Assembly (NCBI GenBank): GCA_965277805.1
Contig: OZ255842.1
Span: forward strand, 4,704,001-4,768,000
Reading direction: 5' to 3'
DNA length: 64,000 nt
DNA from: Candidatus Lustribacter sp.
GTDB lineage: Bacteria; Vulcanimicrobiota; Vulcanimicrobiia; Vulcanimicrobiales; Vulcanimicrobiaceae
This document shows, one piece after another, positions 57,647 to 64,000 of the stretch; positions within the stretch are counted from its first letter, which is position 1; each line of letters starts with the position of its first letter. Under the pieces are notes generated by a model. That model was not told the origin of the DNA. It saw only the letters and a program-made list of their open reading frames with translations, and did no database searches. A program made the position numbers and the translations under genes.

Positions 57647-59026
57647 TTAGGCGAAAACGCGGTCGAGCAGGGCGCTTGCGTGCGGAAGTTCTTCGAGACG
57701 CAGCGTCAGCTCGGCGAGTTCGCGCGCGGCTGGTTCGCCGATTGATGGGGCGACGTTGTCGACGAACTTCTCCAGCAGTTGCACTTCGGTGAGGCGCTGC
57801 AGGAGCGGCATGTGATCGTCGTAGGTTCCGTTCGCGGTTTGGATCGTCACCGACGTCGGAACGTAGCCTTCCCAGTAGCGCACGTCGGGCGGACCCGTCT
57901 CGACGTACGGTTCGATCGTCGCGAGCTCCACCAGCCGCGCGACCTCGGGCGGCGGCGGTTCGCCGTTTTGCCATGCGCTATAGGGCCGCGTTCCGCATGC
58001 GCCGTGCGCTGCGTTGAGACGCAGGCTCAGCCATTGCGACATCGAGCCGCCGCTGCCGTCACCGCCGTGGCCCTTGATGTCACGTGAACAGCGCAGAATC
58101 ATTCGCGTGATTTCGGCCGGCTGGATCTGATGTTCGGCAACGATCTTCTGCACGAGCGCCACGACGGAAGCGTCGTAGAGATTGCACGGTACCGACTTGA
58201 AGAACGTCGGCGCGATCATGAAGTCGCCGCCGAATGTTTCGAGTATCGTCCAATCGCAGCCCAGCGCGCCGGAATAACGCCACGCGCCGTATTCGCCCTC
58301 GAAGGCTTCGCGATCGCCGGTGAACCCGTGCTGCGCTAGACGCGCCGCATCGATGCCGGCCAGCGCCATGCCGCCCATGTGATCGTACTTCGTCATCGGC
58401 GGATCATACGACTCGAGCACCTTGCGCAAGGTCGGCACGTGCGCGCTGTAGCTTGCGATTCCGAGCGCATTGCGAATCGACTCGCGATCGAGTCCCAGCA
58501 GCATCGACGCCGGAACGGTAGCGGCGAAGATCGAGTGCGGTGCCCCGCGCACCGCCGGCAGCCCGACGACTTTCGAGCCGCTCGTATCGCGCCGCCACGC
58601 TGCGCCGATGCGGCCGCTGACGTCGAGGCCGGCAATCAGCGCGGTCAGCACGTCGGCGCCGGAACTCCCGCGCCAATCGGCATACGCGAGCACCACCGGC
58701 ACCGCGATCACGCCGACGTGGCCTTCGGGGCCGACGGGTTCGAAGTCGAGCGCGTTGCAGCAGATCGTGTTGGCGAGCGCCGCGCGTTCGAGCGCGACGA
58801 GTTCGCCGCCGCCCGCGATGCGCGATTGCGGCAATGGCGATTCACGCGCAAGCGCAAGCGCCGCCCGTCCGCTCGGCGTGGAGGCGCCCACGATCATGCA
58901 ACCCAGGCAATCGAGCAGCATGATTTTGGCGAAGCGCTGCACGCCGGTGGAAACGTCGTCTAACCGCAAGCCGAGGACGTAGTCGGCAATCAGCCGAGTG
59001 ATCGTCCCCGGTTCGGGCGAGGGCAC
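57647..59026 (-). CDS. MmgE/PrpD family protein
   Basis: LLDCLGC, ANTICCNALDF, GH, NALGIA, FEGEYG, FKSVPC. Confidence 0.8.
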   Translation of the reverse strand: MPSPEPGTITRLIADYVLGLRLDDVSTGVQRFAKIMLLDCLGCMIVGASTPSGRAALALARESPLPQSRIAGGGELVALERAALANTICCNALDFEPVGPEGHVGVIAVPVVLAYADWRGSSGADVLTALIAGLDVSGRIGAAWRRDTSGSKVVGLPAVRGAPHSIFAATVPASMLLGLDRESIRNALGIASYSAHVPTLRKVLESYDPPMTKYDHMGGMALAGIDAARLAQHGFTGDREAFEGEYGAWRYSGALGCDWTILETFGGDFMIAPTFFKSVPCNLYDASVVALVQKIVAEHQIQPAEITRMILRCSRDIKGHGGDGSGGSMSQWLSLRLNAAHGACGTRPYSAWQNGEPPPPEVARLVELATIEPYVETGPPDVRYWEGYVPTSVTIQTANGTYDDHMPLLQRLTEVQLLEKFVDNVAPSIGEPAARELAELTLRLEELPHASALLDRVFA

Positions 59027-59027
59027 G

Positions 59028-59837
59028 CTAGGTGTTGAGGCCGGGCTTCGATTTGCCGTCGATGAATTCGCCGATGCCGCTCTTCATCCACGCGCCGTCC
59101 TGTTTGTAGGTCAGGTCGCCGGCCAGGGCCATGCTGTACGCGTACGCTTCTTCGTAGTCCATGCGCTGACTGATCTTCAAGACGTCTTTGGTCACCTTGA
59201 GCGCGATCGGATCTTTCTCACGTAGGGCTTCGGCGATGCGGCGCACTTCGGCCTTGAGCTGCTCTTTCGGCACCGAGATCGTAACGAGGCCGATCTCGGC
59301 GGCGCGCTTGCCGCTGAACGGCTCGCCCATCAACGCGTAGTACATCGCCTGGCGCTGCGGTATTTTCTCCGAGATATCGCGGCTGACGAGTCCGAGCGGC
59401 GCGGTCTTGAAGTTGATCTCGGAGAGGCCGAACGTCGCGTCGTCGGCGGCGACCACGATGTCGCACGACGTGATGACTGAAAACGCTCCGCCGAAGCAGT
59501 AGCCGTTGACCATCGCGATCGTCGGCGCCGGAAACAAGCGCAGCATGTGGCTGCGCCACTGATTCGACTGCTCGCGAGAGCGCTCGCGCAGCTCCTTCGT
59601 GCTCTCATCGGCGAGCAGGTAGAAGTACTCTTTGAGATCTTGGCCGGCGCAGAAGCTCTCGCCCGCACCGGTGATGATGAGCACGCGCACCCGTTCGTTG
59701 TACTTCAGATCGTTCAACAGCTTGTGCATCTGCTGATGCATGGCCGGGTTCATCGCGTTGCGCTTTTCCGGCCGGTTGAAGGTGATGGTGAAGATGCCGT
59801 TATCTTCTTCGAGCAAGACCACGTTTTCGTCAGCCAT
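59028..59837 (-). CDS. p-Hydroxycinnamoyl-CoA hydratase/lyase-like crotonase
   Basis: NRPEKRNAMNP, AGQDLKEYF, PTIAMVNGYCFGGAF, FGLSEINF, C-terminal KPGL. Confidence 0.82.
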   Translation of the reverse strand: MADENVVLLEEDNGIFTITFNRPEKRNAMNPAMHQQMHKLLNDLKYNERVRVLIITGAGESFCAGQDLKEYFYLLADESTKELRERSREQSNQWRSHMLRLFPAPTIAMVNGYCFGGAFSVITSCDIVVAADDATFGLSEINFKTAPLGLVSRDISEKIPQRQAMYYALMGEPFSGKRAAEIGLVTISVPKEQLKAEVRRIAEALREKDPIALKVTKDVLKISQRMDYEEAYAYSMALAGDLTYKQDGAWMKSGIGEFIDGKSKPGLNT

Positions 59838-59888
59838 GTCGTACTCCCGAACGCGCGAAGGGCCACGCGTTCGCACGCGAGCCGGCAA

Positions 59889-59935
59889 GTTAGATGACTA
59901 ACAATAATGATAGAGAAGCATCGGGGTGAAGTCAA
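59889..59935 (-). promoter_or_regulatory. Sigma70-type promoter with overlapping palindromic operator
   Basis: Minus strand TTGACT (59935-30), N17, TATCAT (59912-07), then palindrome GTTAG-N4-CTAAC (59889-902). Confidence 0.75.
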
Positions 59936-59975
59936 GGCACTCGCCGTAGCAATGCATGCTTTTTGAGGACTCAAC

Positions 59976-60278
59976 ATGCTCTATATCGGATATGCGGAAG
60001 ACATCCCGGGCACCGATGAAAAGCGCGCGGCCGCGCTCGACGCGCACATGGCCTACCTGCACGGAACGACCGAGATCGTCGTGCTCGGCGGACCGTTGCT
60101 CGACGGCGCCGACAAGCGCCACGGCACGTGTCTCATCATCAGCGCGCCGGATATGGCCACGGCCGAAGACTGGTTTGCAAACGAGCCGTTCAACAAAGCC
60201 GGCATCTTCAAATCGCTGAAGGTCTCGCGCGTAAGACGCGGCATCTGGCATCCCGAACTGGCCGCCGATAGCAAATGA
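59976..60278 (+). CDS. YciI family protein
   Basis: R...AHMAYL, LGGPLL, EPF..AG. Confidence 0.82.
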   Translation: MLYIGYAEDIPGTDEKRAAALDAHMAYLHGTTEIVVLGGPLLDGADKRHGTCLIISAPDMATAEDWFANEPFNKAGIFKSLKVSRVRRGIWHPELAADSK

Positions 60279-61231
60279 AGCTCGCGCGCGCAGCCCTCAT
60301 CGCGTTTTCGCTGCTCGCCCTCTCGTCCGCAGCGATGGCGCAACCCTCCGGTCCGGCCCTCACGGTCATTCGCTTTACGGCCGCACCCAGCGACGATCTG
60401 CTGCCGTTCTGGTATGCGCAGAGTACCGGCATGTTCAAGGCCGCCGGGCTCGACGTGCAGGCGTCGAGCGTTTCGACCGGCGCGGTCGTTACCCAGGCCG
60501 TGATCGGCGGTGCCGCCGACATCGGCCGCACGAGCCCGCAGGTCCTCATCGCGGCGCACATCCGCGGCATTCCGCTCGTGATCGTCGCACCCGGCGCGAT
60601 TCATCGCCAGAACGTACAGGGCAACGCCGCGATCGCGGTGGCCGCGAATTCTCCACTGAAGTCCGTGCTGGATCTGCAAGGGAAGACCGTTGCCTGCACG
60701 GCGATCGGCGATGTCGGCTATCTCGGTTTGCGCGCGCTGATCGATGCGGCCGGCGGTGACTCATCTACGGTGAAGTGGATCGAGATTCCGATTCCGGCCG
60801 TTGCGGCCGCACTGGATGCGGGTCGCATCGATGCCGGGCTCACGACCGAGCCGTTCATGACGCGCGACATCGCCGGCGGCAAGATCCGCACGCTCGTCGA
60901 CATGCTCAACGGCTACCACGCGAACATCATGCAGGGCGCCTACTTCGCGATGCGCGCGTATGCCGAAGCGAACCCGGATGCGATCGCGCGCTTTGCGCGC
61001 GTGCTGCGGCAAGCGTCGATCTACACCAACGCGCACGCCGCGGAAACGCTCTCGCTCCTGGTCGCGAACACGGGCTTGGAGCCGGAGGTCGCCGCCAAGA
61101 TGCACCGTACGACGATGGCGCTGACGCTCGATCCGGCGCAAGTGCAGCCGCTCATCGACGTCGCTGCGAAGTACAAGTCGATCCCGCAAAGTTTCGACGC
61201 GCGCGACTTTTTTTGGATCCCGCCCAAGTGA
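60275..61231 (+). CDS. ABC substrate-binding protein, SsuA/NMT1-like
   Basis: Signal peptide; DDLLPFWYAQ, SPLKSVLDLQGK, CTAIGD, AGRIDAG. Confidence 0.85.
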   Translation: MKLARAALIAFSLLALSSAAMAQPSGPALTVIRFTAAPSDDLLPFWYAQSTGMFKAAGLDVQASSVSTGAVVTQAVIGGAADIGRTSPQVLIAAHIRGIPLVIVAPGAIHRQNVQGNAAIAVAANSPLKSVLDLQGKTVACTAIGDVGYLGLRALIDAAGGDSSTVKWIEIPIPAVAAALDAGRIDAGLTTEPFMTRDIAGGKIRTLVDMLNGYHANIMQGAYFAMRAYAEANPDAIARFARVLRQASIYTNAHAAETLSLLVANTGLEPEVAAKMHRTTMALTLDPAQVQPLIDVAAKYKSIPQSFDARDFFWIPPK

Positions 61232-62835
61232 ACGCAACGACAGAGCAGACGATCGGGCAGGCGTTGAGCAACGCCGTCGCGCGTTACGGAAAGCGCGAAG
61301 CGTACACGTACGCGGACCGGCGTTTGAGCTTCAACGACGTCGATACGGAATCGAATAGCGTCGCGCTCGCGCTGCTGGCGAGCGGCATCACGCGCGGCGA
61401 CTACGTAGCCGTCTGGATGGCCAATCATTCGCCGTGGCCCTCGCTGTATTTCGGCGTCTTGAAGATCGGCGCGATCCTCGTTCCGCTGAACACGCGTTCG
61501 CGACCCGACGAGCTCGCCTTCGCGCTGGTGAATTCGAAAGCGAAGCTGTTCTTGTTCAAGCGCGAAACGAAAGGCCGCACCGATTACGGTGACGTGCTGC
61601 TCGACGTGTTGCCGGAGCTGCAGCACGCCGAAAGCGGCGCGCTGCACGCTGAAAAATTCCCCGCGCTGCATACCGTCGTCGACATCGCCGACCCGCCGAT
61701 GAACGGCACGCTGGGTTTTGCCGCGTTTCTCGACCGCGGCGGAAGCGTTGCGGCCGCCGATCTTGCCACGGCCGAACGGGCCGTACAGCCGCGCGATGAA
61801 TCCGTCATCGTCTACACCTCCGGCACCACCTCAGCGCCGAAGGGGACGCAGCTCTATCACGAAGGCATGCTCCACAGCGTGCGCTGGAGCGACGCGTGCA
61901 TCGCGCTCGGACCGGACGACGTGTACTTCAGCTTGCAGCCGGTCTATCACAGCGGCGGTGCGATCGGTGCGATGCTGCGCCCGATCGTTGACGGGTGCCG
62001 GCTCGTGACGCAGCCGTACTTCGATCCGGGCGACGCGTTGGCCGCGATCGAAGCGGAAGGCGTGACGGTGATGTCCGGCTTGCAGCCGCATTGGGTCGAG
62101 TACCTCAATCATCCGAGTCTGCCGCAGCGCAACCTCAAAGTCGAGCGCGCATTCGTCATGGCGCCGCCGGAGTTGCTGTGGACGATCTATGAGAAGATGG
62201 GCATCGAAGGGCTCGTCACCGGCTATTGCATGACCGAGACGCACCTCTACGGCACGAACACGACGCTCGCCGATTCGCGCGAGGTGCGTTACAACACCAA
62301 CGGCCGGCCCAATCCCGACGTCGAAGTGGAGATTCGCGATCCCGACGACGGCACGGTGCTCGGACGTGAGGAGCCCGGCGAGATCTTCATGCGCGTTCCG
62401 CATCCGATGCAGGGCTATCTCGGCGAACCGCAACTGACGGCCGACGTGCTCGGTGCCGACGGCTGGTACCGGACCGGCGACAACGGCGTGATCCGCGCCG
62501 ACGGCAATCTCATCTTGCTCGGCCGCGTGCGCGACATGATCCGCGTCGGCGGCGAAAATCTCTCGGGCGCCGAGGTCGAAGCCGTGCTCGGCGCGCACCC
62601 GGCGGTGAAGCAAACCGCCGTCGTGCCCGCGCCGGATCCGCGGCTCGGTGAGATCGTGGTGGCCTTCGTGGAGCTCAAGCCCGGCGCGCAGGCGACCGAG
62701 GCCGATCTGGTTGAGCACTGCCGTGCGCACCTCAGCAATTACAAGGTGCCGAGGGCCGTGCACTTCGTGACGGCGTGGCCGATGACGGGGTCGGGCAAAG
62801 TCCAGAAACGCAGCCTGCTCGGGACCCTAGTCTAA
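61228..62835 (+). CDS. Acyl/aryl-CoA ligase (AMP-binding enzyme)
   Basis: YTSGTTSAPKG, GYCMTE, GWYRTGD, GRVRDMIRVGGEN, PMTGSGKVQK; GTGA overlap. Confidence 0.9.
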   Translation: MNATTEQTIGQALSNAVARYGKREAYTYADRRLSFNDVDTESNSVALALLASGITRGDYVAVWMANHSPWPSLYFGVLKIGAILVPLNTRSRPDELAFALVNSKAKLFLFKRETKGRTDYGDVLLDVLPELQHAESGALHAEKFPALHTVVDIADPPMNGTLGFAAFLDRGGSVAAADLATAERAVQPRDESVIVYTSGTTSAPKGTQLYHEGMLHSVRWSDACIALGPDDVYFSLQPVYHSGGAIGAMLRPIVDGCRLVTQPYFDPGDALAAIEAEGVTVMSGLQPHWVEYLNHPSLPQRNLKVERAFVMAPPELLWTIYEKMGIEGLVTGYCMTETHLYGTNTTLADSREVRYNTNGRPNPDVEVEIRDPDDGTVLGREEPGEIFMRVPHPMQGYLGEPQLTADVLGADGWYRTGDNGVIRADGNLILLGRVRDMIRVGGENLSGAEVEAVLGAHPAVKQTAVVPAPDPRLGEIVVAFVELKPGAQATEADLVEHCRAHLSNYKVPRAVHFVTAWPMTGSGKVQKRSLLGTLV

Positions 62836-62863
62836 ACGCACCGTACGTGCTACGATATATTAC

Positions 62864-63193
62864 GTGGAACGTAATGTCGTGCGGAAGGACGCGGGCCTGG
62901 GGCGCCTGTCCGAACCGGCCCTGCTCGTCCTGGCCGCGCTCGCCGCGGGGTCCAAGCACGGGTACGCGATCATCAACGACATCGAGGAACACGCCGGCCA
63001 GCGCCTCGGTCCCGGCACGCTCTACGGGGTGATCGCGCGGCTCGAGTCCCAAGGGTTCATCGAAGCGCTCGAGCTCGAGGAGCGTGGCCGCCGCCCGTAC
63101 CGGATCACCGCCGCCGGCCGGCGCGTTTTCCAGAAACGTTTGGGCGAGCTGACGCGCTACCAAAGCGCGCTGCTCGAGTTGGCGGGCGGATGA
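62864..63193 (+). CDS. PadR family transcriptional regulator
   Basis: LAAL...HGYAI, GPGTLYG...RL, RRPYRITAAG. Confidence 0.9.
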   Translation: MERNVVRKDAGLGRLSEPALLVLAALAAGSKHGYAIINDIEEHAGQRLGPGTLYGVIARLESQGFIEALELEERGRRPYRITAAGRRVFQKRLGELTRYQSALLELAGG

Positions 63194-63513
63194 ACGCGCG
63201 GCTCGCGGCCATGCTGACGGCAGCGCATGCGCCCGGGTGGCGCCGGCGCTACGGTGTCGAGTTCTGCGCGCTGCTCGAAGAACTTCCGGCCACGCCGCCG
63301 GTGATCGCAAGCGCAACGGCGAGCGCGCTCGGTACGCACGGATCGCTGCTCGTCACGGCCGGCGCGTTTGCATTGGCCGCCGCGGTATTGGCGTTGGGCC
63401 CGGCTGCCAGCGATCGCCGCACGGTCACCGCACATACGCAGTCCGCGCACGTATCCAAACGCGCGGTCTCGTGGGACCGGCAGGCGCCGTGCGATTCGGA
63501 GGTTTCATGCTGA
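63190..63513 (+). CDS. PadR-associated small membrane protein
   Basis: PGWRRRYGVEF..LL N-terminal motif typical of PadR-downstream genes; one TM helix; ATGA overlap. Confidence 0.65.
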   Translation: MNARLAAMLTAAHAPGWRRRYGVEFCALLEELPATPPVIASATASALGTHGSLLVTAGAFALAAAVLALGPAASDRRTVTAHTQSAHVSKRAVSWDRQAPCDSEVSC

Positions 63514-63956
63514 ACGCCGACACGCTCGACGAGCACGTCCACGCCGGGCGCCTGCGCCGGTTGCTGGAGGCTTACGGGTACAGCGTAGCGTCGGTCGGCA
63601 CCGCGAGCGGTAACCTCGTGACGGTCGTTGCGCCGCCCACGCCGCGGCCCGAACGTATTTCGGCCGGCGGTCTGGAGCTCGATCCGGAATTGCAGCTGCT
63701 TGCATTCGAGGGCCGCGTCGTGCGGCTCACCGCGAGCGAAACGTCGGTGCTGCACGCGCTCTTGCTGCGCGCCGAAACCGTCGTGCCGCAGCGCGAACTG
63801 ATCGCTGCGCTATGGCCCGGCAGCGATCCCAAAATGTGCAAGAACCGTCTTTACGCGCACGTGTTTACGCTGCGCCGCAAACTCGCCGAGGCGTGCACCG
63901 CGGCGGCGATTCACGGGTCGCGCAGCGGCTACCGGCTCGCCTTCAAAGCAGGCTGA
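63507..63956 (+). CDS. OmpR/PhoB-type winged-helix protein lacking an intact receiver domain
   Basis: GGLELD, LTASETSVL, RELIAALW, HVFTLRRKL, GYRL. Confidence 0.78.
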   Translation: MLNADTLDEHVHAGRLRRLLEAYGYSVASVGTASGNLVTVVAPPTPRPERISAGGLELDPELQLLAFEGRVVRLTASETSVLHALLLRAETVVPQRELIAALWPGSDPKMCKNRLYAHVFTLRRKLAEACTAAAIHGSRSGYRLAFKAG

Positions 63957-64000
63957 AGGCCGCTTCTCAGGCCAGTCCCAACGGCGCTGGCGACAATCCC

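Noticed and set aside
532-62763. Many long antisense or alternate-frame ORFs in the ORF track (e.g. 532-2202, 4577-5881, 10894-12444, 21846-23378, 24297-25499)
   Set aside because: They overlap well-supported genes, are Arg/Ala-rich and have no motifs; they are expected shadows of high-GC codon usage
63957-64000. Possible 3' end of a minus-strand gene at the window edge
   Set aside because: Too little sequence to support a call

Overview
High-GC, gene-dense bacterial chromosomal window of about 70 CDS. I saw no rRNA, tRNA, CRISPR array, phage gene or transposase. The gene content (TonB-dependent receptor, hopanoid genes, Vgb-repeat and Ser/Thr/Pro-rich lipoproteins, many orphan substrate-binding proteins) fits a diderm soil bacterium. 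It is reminiscent of Candidatus Eremiobacterota, but that is inference only. Main blocks: (1) purine catabolism (deaminase, xanthine dehydrogenase) divergent from a complete urease operon ureABCEFGD; (2) a MatB-like ligase followed by two paralogous unknown helical proteins and a zinc-finger membrane protein; (3) a membrane ORF ending in RPPP directly upstream of a TonB-dependent receptor; (4) a hopanoid-tailoring locus (hpnJ, ferritin-like, ispH, hpnI); (5) a large aromatic/heteroaromatic catabolic region (Rieske oxygenases, NahE-like aldolase, VOC and cupin enzymes, hydroxycinnamoyl-CoA hydratase/lyase, CoA ligase, LLM monooxygenases, MarR regulators) with nine substrate-binding proteins and no permease or ATPase. 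Best candidates for undescribed biology: a MarR-adjacent Rieske ferredoxin / small protein / amidohydrolase-fold / MntH operon that looks like a manganese-supplied dinuclear oxygenase; three promoters sharing a TTGACT-N17-(-10) plus TTAG-N4-CTA operator architecture; a putative ribosome-arrest leader gene for the TonB receptor; the tandem paralog plus zinc-finger module; and an orphan protein with two C-x3-C-x9-C-x3-C repeats. All functional calls come from motifs recognised by eye; no database searches were run.
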